64,000 nucleotides of DNA, taken from assembly GCA_902500055.1 (NCBI GenBank), contig GCA_902500055.1_4131.1, one strand, 5' to 3'. The translations under genes and the position numbers were made by a program. Positions 1-8,567 of the stretch are shown here, piece by piece (the stretch's first letter is position 1; every line of letters starts with the position of its first letter). Under the pieces are notes generated by a model. It had not been told where the DNA came from and searched no databases. It saw nothing but the letters and a program-made list of their open reading frames with translations. The stretch is from Escherichia coli (GTDB taxonomy: Bacteria > Pseudomonadota > Gammaproteobacteria > Enterobacterales > Enterobacteriaceae).

Positions 1-343
1 CAATGATTTCCATATCATATTCTTTTTCTGTAATAACTCCAATACTTAGTTTTGCATCAAGAACTTTAACATCATACTGTTCACGAGTAATTTTAGAATA
101 TTTTAGTTCAACATCAAGTACAGCAATTAGATATTCCAAATCTCCAATTACGCTATATTTCTTTTTAATATCCAATTGGGCCACTTCAACTTCATATGGA
201 GTTAGATATGTCAATTCAGCAACTTTCATATCAGCTTCATAATCATCATTGTAGTAATATGCTTTAGCTATCTCTTTTGCCTTTCCAGAAAGTCCCCAGT
301 GAGCAGGGACCATCCAAAATGGAATAAATTTCTTTTTAGCCAT
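1..343 (-). CDS. hypothetical protein, partial (C-terminus beyond window start); N-terminus MAKKKFIPFWMVPAHWGLSGKAKEIAKAYYYNDDYE
   Basis: Manual translation of the minus strand from ATG at 343-341 stays open to position 1; start overlaps the stop of the GroES-like gene (ATGGCTAA). Absent from ORF track because it has no stop in the window. Confidence 0.5.
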   Translation of the reverse strand, partial: MAKKKFIPFWMVPAHWGLSGKAKEIAKAYYYNDDYEADMKVAELTYLTPYEVEVAQLDIKKKYSVIGDLEYLIAVLDVELKYSKITREQYDVKVLDAKLSIGVITEKEYDMEII

Positions 344-635
344 TTTTCTTACCAAAAATCTCTTCGATTTTCATTACATAATATGTATCTTCGCCGCCAC
401 CAAGATCTTCAGTCAGTGGTGTGTTCAAAGATGAACGACCAAACACAACCATATCACCTTCTTTAATATTATGTTCTGCAAGTTGTCCGTTCGGAAGAAT
501 TTTACCTGGACCAACGGAAATTACCATCCCAATACATGGTGGTTCAACATTACCTAGAATAATACCACCAGTACTTTTATTCTGTGCTTCAATTTGTCGA
601 ACAAGAACGTAATCATTAATCATTTTAATTTTCAT
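336..635 (-). CDS. groES: GroES-like co-chaperonin (cpn10 family)
   Basis: Translation MKIKMINDYVLVRQIEAQNKSTGGIILGNVEPP...GDMVVFGRSS resembles bacterial GroES (VxV...K(S/T)xGGIxL mobile loop, ~99 aa). Start moved from track start 698 to ATG at 635, which has GGAGGT 5 nt upstream. Confidence 0.7.
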   Translation of the reverse strand: MKIKMINDYVLVRQIEAQNKSTGGIILGNVEPPCIGMVISVGPGKILPNGQLAEHNIKEGDMVVFGRSSLNTPLTEDLGGGEDTYYVMKIEEIFGKKNG

Positions 636-636
636 A

Positions 637-843
637 TTAGTAACCTCCAGTATTTGCAAACCATTTTCCACGGAAATAAAGATTAGCACCCTTATCACCT
701 GGAGTGAACACTTCCAACTTCATAGTTTTTTCACCATTACATTTAGGACAATCATGAGGTTCATCACGATTTGCAATTTTAACAATTTTTTCCATGCTAT
801 GTTTGCATTCTTCTTTTTCACAACGATATGTATATAATGGCAT
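637..843 (-). CDS. small zinc-ribbon protein (CxxC...CxxC, FmdB-like)
   Basis: 68-aa ORF with two Cys pairs (CEKEECKH ... CPKCNG). Confidence 0.45.
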   Translation of the reverse strand: MPLYTYRCEKEECKHSMEKIVKIANRDEPHDCPKCNGEKTMKLEVFTPGDKGANLYFRGKWFANTGGY

Positions 844-870
844 TTTGTATTCCTTTACTTTTTAAATCAA

Positions 871-889
871 ACTAATTTGGGGAACATAG
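871..889. other. perfect inverted repeat (GGGGAACA-tag-TGTTCCCC) between two minus-strand genes
   Basis: Hairpin seen directly; no strong T-run on the minus strand, so either a weak terminator or an RNA processing/regulatory hairpin. Confidence 0.3.
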
Positions 890-907
890 TGTTCCCCGTT
901 ATTTATA

Positions 908-1639
908 TTAGCAGCCTGTTACGTAAAATTTGTATACTGCAATTCCAGTATCTAGTGTTACATTTAGCATACCAGTTTTAGTAATACCAAGTGATACTGA
1001 TTCGGCATTAGATACGCGAGATAATGCTTGAAGTACGCGATCAATATTATAACCAAAACCAAGACCTAATTCACCTTCAGTTTTAGAAAAAGCTAGAGAA
1101 CCAACGTGGTTACTTTTGTTTTTCTCACCAACGTGAAAGTATAGGGTGTCGCCTTCAGTATACGGAGTTACAAGAGAACTAAAAGATTTAAATACACCAG
1201 AAAAACTCTTTAGTTCCTGAACTTTTGCTGCACTAGGAATAACCTGTACGTCATATGGTTGTTCATGAAAACGTGGTTGAACTGGAATAAGTTTTTCAGC
1301 TTGTACCATAAATGTAGTGCTTGCATCTTCAGATTTAAATGCCAGACTTTTAACTGAACCATCTTTAACATTTGATGTGATTGTGGTTCCTTCGGTACTG
1401 TATGTTTTTAGAGACATTAGACCCTGAAGAAGACCTAGATTACCTAAGCCAAAACGACCCTGAACTTCAGGAACATCTTCTTTAGTATATGCTCGCATTA
1501 CAAGAGTTCGGTCATCTGTGTACGCTTCTAGATATACACGTTGTCCTTCACCACGGTCTTCACTGCTTACTGCAATACAAGAGAAGTCAATACCACTGGT
1601 TGTGTTTACGAGGTCACGTAGTACGTTGCGTAGATCCAT
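908..1639 (-). CDS. putative sliding clamp (T4 gp45-like)
   Basis: 243 aa; N-terminus LRDLVNTTSGIDFS resembles T4 gp45 LKNFATINSGIMLKS, and the central GLGNLGLLQGLMSL segment resembles gp45 LNGFLGILSLV; size and position downstream of the polymerase fit. RBS GGAGA upstream of ATG. By-eye similarity only. Confidence 0.5.
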   Translation of the reverse strand: MDLRNVLRDLVNTTSGIDFSCIAVSSEDRGEGQRVYLEAYTDDRTLVMRAYTKEDVPEVQGRFGLGNLGLLQGLMSLKTYSTEGTTITSNVKDGSVKSLAFKSEDASTTFMVQAEKLIPVQPRFHEQPYDVQVIPSAAKVQELKSFSGVFKSFSSLVTPYTEGDTLYFHVGEKNKSNHVGSLAFSKTEGELGLGFGYNIDRVLQALSRVSNAESVSLGITKTGMLNVTLDTGIAVYKFYVTGC

Positions 1640-1740
1640 TATATAATTCTCCGTTTTATTTGTTAATCAAAAAATGTTTTTATGTAAGATTACTACAAGC
1701 ACCATTATATCTCAAAAATGATGCTTGTCTCAATTTTTTA

Positions 1741-2040
1741 TCAGTATTTTGTATTCCAACGTTGAAGATAAGGCTTATCAATTGTAGAACTCATGCCAAT
1801 TTTATCTCGTAATTTTTTCAAGTCTTTTAATGTATGTACATCATCGACAAAAACAACTTTACGCTTTTTCACAAGAGTGTAAACATCAGCAATCTCTCCG
1901 TCAACTTCCACTGAACCAGTGCGAGTAAAACCCGCACCAATTAGAACTACTTCTTCATCATTATCATATGCTAGTACAGAATTAATGATGCCATTACCTT
2001 CTAATACTTCACCAATACGCTTATATATATTACTCATCAT
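1741..2040 (-). CDS. hypothetical protein
   Basis: 99-aa ORF between polymerase and clamp-like gene; no recognisable motif. Confidence 0.4.
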   Translation of the reverse strand: MMSNIYKRIGEVLEGNGIINSVLAYDNDEEVVLIGAGFTRTGSVEVDGEIADVYTLVKKRKVVFVDDVHTLKDLKKLRDKIGMSSTIDKPYLQRWNTKY

Positions 2041-2190
2041 TTTTACCTTGTAATGAAGTCCATTCTACATATTTTTCCCATGCCTCATTTACACTTTCTT
2101 CAGTAAGATTCAACATCTCATTAGTGAAAGTATCGTTTACTTCGTCATAGTTTAGTTCAATTTCATTTACAATAACCATATTATTACTCC

Positions 2191-5100
2191 TTACCAAGTG
2201 AAGAATCCATTGTTTACTGACGCAGTACTTTTTTCATGAATACCAATATCCATATCCAAAATACCAAAAATATTCTCTAATTTTTTAGTTAGAACAATCT
2301 CTTCCATTTTTTCAGTATCAAATGGTAGTTCCAAGAACCATTCTGGAAGATACTCAACACAGTCAATTGGATAACCAACTGCTTTAATTCCCATAGGATT
2401 ATCTTTTAAGTTACAGACAATTACTTTTGTTCCATCTGTTACTTCTGGAACAGATTTATCATCATAAACTTCACGTAGACGGTTCCATTGGATACCAGCA
2501 AGAACGTGACCAACTTTACACTTACCAGTTAGCTGATATTCAGCCTCTAAATTAGTGTAGTTTTTTACAGTTTTTGGTGAACCTTTTTCATGTACAGGCA
2601 TATCCTTAAATACGTCCTTAAACTCACGTACACGCTGTTTTAGCTGTTGTTCACTCTCACCTACCAGTAATGCGATTAGAGTCTCTTCTAGGAAGTTCTG
2701 GATGTATTTTGGCGTGTCTGAGCGTTTAATTTCAAGACCCATCGCTTTGATTTCACCTGGTTTACCATCAATATCTTTACGGAACCCATCTTCCCAGTAC
2801 TTCAGAATTGCATAACGTTTTTTCTTCAAGAATAGGCCACGCGAACCAACCATCTCAAGGTCTGCACCAACAATCTTACCTTTTTCAATACCAGTGTTGA
2901 ACATCTCATGCATAAATGATGGGAAAGATTCACCAACTTCTTCACCAATTTTAATATACATATCAACAATCTCTTCTTTAGATAGATTATATGGAATACC
3001 TTGTTCTTTCAGATAATGAGTTACACTAAAGTAAACTGAGTCAGTATCACCATAAATTACTGAACCACCTTGGTGGTTATATACACCAGTAGTAATTTCA
3101 TTGATACGACTTGCCATATGTTTGGTCATAGAACGTCCAGTTAATGTTACGGATTGACCTAAACGTTTGTCAAAAAAACGAGAACCTTTGTTCAATAGTG
3201 CACCATATAGACTGTTTAGAAGAATCTTACGAATCTGTTGGTTCTGTTTCCAGAAAGCACTACGTTGTTTGAAGTAATCTTTTTCTTCTTTAGGACAGAA
3301 AATACGACCATCTTTTAGTACTAATCCGTTTTCTACAATCAACTTAGCAACTTCATCCCACTGTCCTTTACCAATTTCTTTACGAAGTAAGTATACAGGA
3401 TCATTATCATGAATATTAGTTCTAAACATTGTACCAGGGGTATAGTTTGATAGTAGTGGTTCGACTTTTTCATAGCCATTAAACTCCCAACCATCAGTAT
3501 ACATATGTTTGTAGTCAATGACCATTTTTTGCTGTGCTTTACGTTCAGAATACCATTGAGTTAGAATGTCAGGAATTACACCAGACTTAGACTTATCAAA
3601 AAGTGTTCCGTTTGCACTAAGTACAATAGTACTATCTTCTGCAAAAATAATATCATATAGCTCTTTGCCCGTTGCTTTAAAAGAACTCCCATCTTCTAAA
3701 TCAACAATCAATGTTTCTTCTGACTTTTCATGAACCATTGTAAATTCAACAGCAGCAAATAAACCATGCCATGCCGCAGTCCAATCTGGTTCAAATGATT
3801 TAGATTTAGATTTGTTCTTCTGTTCTTGGATTTTAGCTGCAAGATACGCATCGGTGTAATCTTGACGTAATTGACCAAGAATACATTCAGTACTCATACC
3901 CAAAGTACGTAGAACAGTAGGGTAAAGAGAGTTAAAGTCAGTACACCCAAGGTCACTTACAAGTCCTAGTACTGGATCTTGTACCCATGCACCTGCTGCT
4001 TTTGCACTAATTTTCTCATCTTCATCTTCACCATCTTCACCATAATATTCCATTTCTGGATCAAACTCAAGATCATCTTTCGGTGCTTTGTTGAAAACAA
4101 CTTCACCACGAGTATGTGCTAAGTTGATAATAGCAGTGTCGATTAGTGCTACTGAACCCATTGTTGTACTGATAAGTACACATTCTTTGTGTGCAAGTCG
4201 ATTGTGTAGGTTGATATAGTCACATTTAGCATCAATCTTTTTAAGAAGAATACTATCCTGTTTAGAATAACGCAAGAAAGTAATGTAATCCTCTCTGTAA
4301 AGTTTATCCAATGAACCTTCATATGATACTTTATTTTCTTTAGTTACTTTTTCAGCAATATAATCTAGTTTATAAGATTGTTCAACTTGACCAGCATGTT
4401 TCTTATACAAAGCCAAATAATCAAGATGGACGCGACCTACCAGATCATATGTTTGAACAGTTTTACCAAAGTTGTCTGCTTCACGTGAATTTGGTTTTTT
4501 ATTCCATAAACACCAACGAGCAGTTGTTGCTTCATTGAAGATTTTTTTAGTTCGATTGATCATATATGGAATATCAAAGAATTCACTATTCCATCCTGAA
4601 ATAACATCAGAATCATCAATTAAACTAAAGAATTCCATAAACATTTCCTTTTCGTCTGTATATAAAATTACAGTACTGTTAGGATCGTTTGTTTCTTCAT
4701 TTAGTTGGCGAACAATATCTTGTGCTTCATAAATTTCCATATCAGCAGGTGGTAAAGTAAGTACATAATCCTTTCCAGTCCATGATTGATATAGAGAAAT
4801 AGCGGTTACTCGGTTAAACGGGTCTGATGGTGGAGCATAACCAAATTTCTTATGGAAATCAGTCTCGATATCGAAGAACACGATGTTCAAATCGGGTGAA
4901 CCTTTTCCCATATATTCTTTAGCTAATGTTTTAAATGTAATGTTACAATCACTTTCAAAAATACGTAGACCTTCACTTTTGTGTTGCTCTACACTTTTAT
5001 TCATTTGAGCTTGAGTTTGAAACTCAAAATGTTTAGCCATTGTACCATAAACAGTTTTATGTGTTCCTTGTGGGGATTCAACATAATATTCATATACTGG

Positions 5101-5196
5101 TTCTAATTCGCGTAGAATACGTTTACCATTCTTACGTTCAACTACATGAAGAATATCACCAGTACGTTTACGTTCCATATAAGCATCGATATACAT
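2191..5196 (-). CDS. 43: DNA polymerase, family B (T4 gp43-like)
   Basis: 1001 aa; exonuclease motif FFDIETD, polymerase motif A (DxxSLYPT) and motif C YGDTDS all present; RBS AAGGGA upstream of ATG at 5196. Confidence 0.95.
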   Translation of the reverse strand: MYIDAYMERKRTGDILHVVERKNGKRILRELEPVYEYYVESPQGTHKTVYGTMAKHFEFQTQAQMNKSVEQHKSEGLRIFESDCNITFKTLAKEYMGKGSPDLNIVFFDIETDFHKKFGYAPPSDPFNRVTAISLYQSWTGKDYVLTLPPADMEIYEAQDIVRQLNEETNDPNSTVILYTDEKEMFMEFFSLIDDSDVISGWNSEFFDIPYMINRTKKIFNEATTARWCLWNKKPNSREADNFGKTVQTYDLVGRVHLDYLALYKKHAGQVEQSYKLDYIAEKVTKENKVSYEGSLDKLYREDYITFLRYSKQDSILLKKIDAKCDYINLHNRLAHKECVLISTTMGSVALIDTAIINLAHTRGEVVFNKAPKDDLEFDPEMEYYGEDGEDEDEKISAKAAGAWVQDPVLGLVSDLGCTDFNSLYPTVLRTLGMSTECILGQLRQDYTDAYLAAKIQEQKNKSKSKSFEPDWTAAWHGLFAAVEFTMVHEKSEETLIVDLEDGSSFKATGKELYDIIFAEDSTIVLSANGTLFDKSKSGVIPDILTQWYSERKAQQKMVIDYKHMYTDGWEFNGYEKVEPLLSNYTPGTMFRTNIHDNDPVYLLRKEIGKGQWDEVAKLIVENGLVLKDGRIFCPKEEKDYFKQRSAFWKQNQQIRKILLNSLYGALLNKGSRFFDKRLGQSVTLTGRSMTKHMASRINEITTGVYNHQGGSVIYGDTDSVYFSVTHYLKEQGIPYNLSKEEIVDMYIKIGEEVGESFPSFMHEMFNTGIEKGKIVGADLEMVGSRGLFLKKKRYAILKYWEDGFRKDIDGKPGEIKAMGLEIKRSDTPKYIQNFLEETLIALLVGESEQQLKQRVREFKDVFKDMPVHEKGSPKTVKNYTNLEAEYQLTGKCKVGHVLAGIQWNRLREVYDDKSVPEVTDGTKVIVCNLKDNPMGIKAVGYPIDCVEYLPEWFLELPFDTEKMEEIVLTKKLENIFGILDMDIGIHEKSTASVNNGFFTW

Positions 5197-5233
5197 CGTT
5201 TGTATTCCCTTACGTTTATTAAGTTAAAAAGAA

Positions 5234-5253
5234 AGCCTCCGTCATTGGAGGCT
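5234..5253 (-). terminator. rho-independent terminator (stem AGCCTCC / GGAGGCT, T-run on minus strand)
   Basis: Hairpin followed on the minus strand by TTCTTTTT, immediately downstream of the 5276-5578 gene and upstream of the polymerase start. Confidence 0.5.
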
Positions 5254-5275
5254 ATTTAATATATTTTAGTACTAA

Positions 5276-5578
5276 TTAGTAATCATCTGCTTGTGGAAGA
5301 TTATTAGTAACACTAAGAATAGTTTCGATATTATCGAGTTTATTTTGTTTGTCAAAGTAATCACCTTTGTACATACGTTGTGCAGCTTGTTTGATATCAG
5401 ATGCATCGATACCAAGTTCATCAGAAACACTAGAAACAAAATCAGATAAGGATGCTTTGGTATCATCAATGAAAGTTAGTTGTACAACAATGTTGTTAAG
5501 TGCGTCACCGAGACGTTTACGTTGTTCATCGTTTAGATCACGAATTTCAACTTTAACTTCTTTTTTAGATTTAGCCAT
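5276..5578 (-). CDS. hypothetical protein
   Basis: ORF track 5276..5605; start moved to ATG at 5578 (MAKSKKEVKVEIRDL...) which has GGAGA 8-9 nt upstream. Confidence 0.4.
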   Translation of the reverse strand: MAKSKKEVKVEIRDLNDEQRKRLGDALNNIVVQLTFIDDTKASLSDFVSSVSDELGIDASDIKQAAQRMYKGDYFDKQNKLDNIETILSVTNNLPQADDY

Positions 5579-5668
5579 TTTGTATTTCTCCATGTGTGTT
5601 TTCAAAAAAATGTCACCTCACCACAATCGGTGAGATGACTTAATTGTATCACGTCTTTACGTGTTGTC

Positions 5669-6184
5669 TCATTTTTTTTCCGGTTTAACTGGAAATGAAA
5701 ATGTTTTCTTGATCATGTCTGCTGGTTTGATTGAATTCAATTGCGTTACATAATCTTTCAATTTTACAAACAATACAGCTTCTTCATCAGTTGCTAACTC
5801 AAGATCCATAGCAGTTTTTAAGTGTCCAAGTTCTTGAATTGCAATGTATTTCAAATTAGATAATTCATTTTTTAGGCGTTCAATTTTTTCTTCTTTAGTT
5901 TCAATATAGTCATGAATAGTATTTCCATCGTAAACCATACCATAAAGTTTGTTAATATCACCATCATATTCAATTTCAGAAACACTAAAACCTAAAGGTA
6001 CTAGATCATAAATGTTATATGATGCTGAAACAATTAAACCGTTAATATCATACATAAATTTTGCTTTATTAATGTCAAACAATTCACGAGATTCATACCA
6101 ATCCATACCTTCATCGGACATCATATACAAAGAATTAGGATTACCACCTTCTTTTTCATACATCTTAAAATTTGTTAGTTGCAT
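5669..6184 (-). CDS. putative tail fibre assembly chaperone (Tfa/gp38-like)
   Basis: Immediately downstream of the tail-fibre gene; size and position typical of fibre chaperones. Start at ATG 6184 (MQLTNFKMYEKEGG...) with AAGGA upstream, avoiding overlap with the fibre gene. Functional call is positional. Confidence 0.4.
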   Translation of the reverse strand: MQLTNFKMYEKEGGNPNSLYMMSDEGMDWYESRELFDINKAKFMYDINGLIVSASYNIYDLVPLGFSVSEIEYDGDINKLYGMVYDGNTIHDYIETKEEKIERLKNELSNLKYIAIQELGHLKTAMDLELATDEEAVLFVKLKDYVTQLNSIKPADMIKKTFSFPVKPEKK

Positions 6185-6194
6185 TACACATTCC

Positions 6195-7805
6195 TTATTG
6201 TTGACGTACTGTTTCCCAGTTACCATTTATTTGCATTTGAACATAGCGATAACTAATTCGTTCTAAGTGAGTGCCTGAACTACCATTAACAGAAATCCAT
6301 ACGCCATCCATAAATGCACCTTCTGGTGTATATGTCCATGAAGAATCAGGTATTTTACGTGTTTCAATACGTGCACTCAAACGAATACTTTGTACGTTAT
6401 TAGTACTAATTTGCAAAGTAACGTTGCCACTAGCATCAGCAGCAGTACCGTTAATTGAACGAACAATATTTTTACCACCAACAGTAGCTGAGTTGTTAGA
6501 AACAGTTAATGATGGAGCAGCTAAAGTACCAGAAGAGTTTACAGTAACTTCTGCTCCACCGGAACGCAATCTCAATGTATTATTTGAAGAGTTATGATAC
6601 ACTGCCGCACGCTCACCACCGCTTGCGTTACGGAAATATAGAACTAATGATGTATCATTTGACTTAATTGACGCACTGTTTGCAATAGTCAATGAACCAG
6701 TCATTGTATCACCAGTTTTTAGTACATAACGAGTGTTTGCAACTTTTTCACTCAATGCAACGTTAGATTCAGCAATGTTATATAGATATGCAACGTTAAA
6801 GTGTTCCACATCAATGTTACTAATACCATGATAGTGTGGTTGGTTTCCACCAAGTGTGTTAGTGTTTCCACTAAATGAGTGAATGTGGTCTGGTGCTTCG
6901 TTAATGTTATTGATTACAGTTGGTATACCGTTATCATTACTTGAAGTTATCGCATTTAGACCACTACGGTCCATACCTTTTAGTGCTTGACTATGACCAT
7001 GACGACCAGCAGCCCCTGTGGTCCCACTAAAACTAAATGAGTGTGATGGTAATTGGGCAACACTTAATACTGTGCCGCTAATATTACCGCTACTACCAAT
7101 AACACTATCAGTTTTAGTTACACCAGATGTAGATATACCTTTTAAGTACGCTTTTTGGTTAAGGTTTGGTACTTGTTTAGTAATTGTACCATTTTCCCCC
7201 TCCCATTGCCACCACATACCATCAGCAAAACACCAACCGTCAGACGTTTTCCACGGAGCACCTTGTGAACCGTTTCTCCCACTTTGTCCATTCGATTGTC
7301 CTGACATTTGTTCACGTATACTAGCAACAGATTGACCAGAAGTCAATGAATATTGTGTAATAGCACCAGGTTTAAGTGAAGTGTAAAGACCAGTTGGACC
7401 AGAACCACCACTAGAAGCAGTAGGGAATACAATGTTTAAGGTTGTTCCACTAATACTTGCACTAGGAACAGTACTACTACTGTATGTTACACTTTCTACT
7501 TTTAAATTTAATTTTCGGTTTACTTCATCTAATGAAATTCTAATTGGTTCCAAAATAGTATCAGTATCATATACTGCAACCCAACTTGTACCGTTATGAT
7601 ACTTCAAAACTAATTCGCTTCGATCAAAAACCATTGCACCTTGTTCACCAGTAGGTAAAGTTTGTACTGGTATAATAACTGATGACGAATTAAAACGAAT
7701 AGGTCTTGGGTTAGTTGGTGTACCACCAAGCACTATTAGTTCTAAAGATCCATTAGCACCAGTACTGGTCATTGTATCCAATGGGTTATTAAAACTTATG
7801 CTCAT
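6195..7805 (-). CDS. tail fibre / receptor-binding protein (gp37/gp12-like distal fibre)
   Basis: 536 aa, Ser/Gly/Thr-rich, with His-x-His motifs (RHGHSQ, PDHIHSF, PHYHGISNIDVEH) characteristic of T-even fibre tips; followed by a chaperone-like gene. Confidence 0.6.
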   Translation of the reverse strand: MSISFNNPLDTMTSTGANGSLELIVLGGTPTNPRPIRFNSSSVIIPVQTLPTGEQGAMVFDRSELVLKYHNGTSWVAVYDTDTILEPIRISLDEVNRKLNLKVESVTYSSSTVPSASISGTTLNIVFPTASSGGSGPTGLYTSLKPGAITQYSLTSGQSVASIREQMSGQSNGQSGRNGSQGAPWKTSDGWCFADGMWWQWEGENGTITKQVPNLNQKAYLKGISTSGVTKTDSVIGSSGNISGTVLSVAQLPSHSFSFSGTTGAAGRHGHSQALKGMDRSGLNAITSSNDNGIPTVINNINEAPDHIHSFSGNTNTLGGNQPHYHGISNIDVEHFNVAYLYNIAESNVALSEKVANTRYVLKTGDTMTGSLTIANSASIKSNDTSLVLYFRNASGGERAAVYHNSSNNTLRLRSGGAEVTVNSSGTLAAPSLTVSNNSATVGGKNIVRSINGTAADASGNVTLQISTNNVQSIRLSARIETRKIPDSSWTYTPEGAFMDGVWISVNGSSGTHLERISYRYVQMQINGNWETVRQQ

Positions 7806-7845
7806 GTATAAATCCCTTTATGATTAATATATACTATATTTATTC

Positions 7846-8172
7846 CTATAGCAAGTCGTTATCCATATCATCCCACACAGAATCAATGATGTTTGCTGCT
7901 ATCTTTTTAGACATTTTAAACCACTCCGTGTTTGGTTGTCTAGTTGCATTCATTTGTTTAAGCCTTTTATGTATCTCTTTTTCAGCTAAACGTGCGTCTT
8001 CAAAGTGAACTTCATGATAAACTTCAAAATCACGAAACGGGGTAGCTGTCTGATACGTTCTCAAACGCTCTGTCATTTCAGATTTAGAAGTGAAACCAAT
8101 CTTAACATAGTCAGGCCATGCAGAGTTTATTATAACATAACATATCTGTGACATAGATTCAATCTCCATCAT
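7846..8172 (-). CDS. T5orf172 (GIY-YIG-like) domain protein
   Basis: Motif CYVIINSAWPDYVKIGFT...RLRTYQTATPFRDFEVYHEVHFEDARLAEKEIHKRL...EWF matches the T5orf172/MUG113 signature. Confidence 0.55.
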   Translation of the reverse strand: MMEIESMSQICYVIINSAWPDYVKIGFTSKSEMTERLRTYQTATPFRDFEVYHEVHFEDARLAEKEIHKRLKQMNATRQPNTEWFKMSKKIAANIIDSVWDDMDNDLL

Positions 8173-8193
8173 TAATATGGAGATATTTATCTA

Positions 8194-8553
8194 TCAATTA
8201 ATAGTGAATTTTAAACCAATATCAATTAAACGTTGAAAAGGATTATGTGGCTGAAATTCCGAGGGTTCTTGTGCAATGTTTAGCACAGGAGCATCAGAAT
8301 GCAGCAGCGACATACGTTCTCTATAATGATCGATGTATTCTTCATACAACATATCTTCAGTATGTGTATTAAGTATATCTTCTATGAAAGAATCTAAACT
8401 ATAATCTAATCTATCATCATTATAATACAATGTTTCAGTGGCTTCATCGTATCCAACTAACGTACCATAAGGAACATTTATTTCTATATTTGAGTACTGG
8501 CTCTTTAAGTACTCTTCTCTTTTAAATTTGTATACAGTTAACATCCGTGTCAA
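8194..8553 (-). CDS. hypothetical protein
   Basis: 119-aa ORF; no motif recognised. Confidence 0.4.
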   Translation of the reverse strand: MTRMLTVYKFKREEYLKSQYSNIEINVPYGTLVGYDEATETLYYNDDRLDYSLDSFIEDILNTHTEDMLYEEYIDHYRERMSLLHSDAPVLNIAQEPSEFQPHNPFQRLIDIGLKFTIN

Positions 8554-8567
8554 CTCCTTTAGATTGT

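Noticed and set aside
3-242. Plus-strand 79-aa ORF at window start
   Set aside because: Lies antisense to a longer, RBS-coupled minus-strand frame that is open to the window edge.
4472-4732. Plus-strand ORFs inside the DNA polymerase gene (4472-4732, 5040-5222)
   Set aside because: Antisense to a gene with unambiguous polymerase motifs; no RBS.
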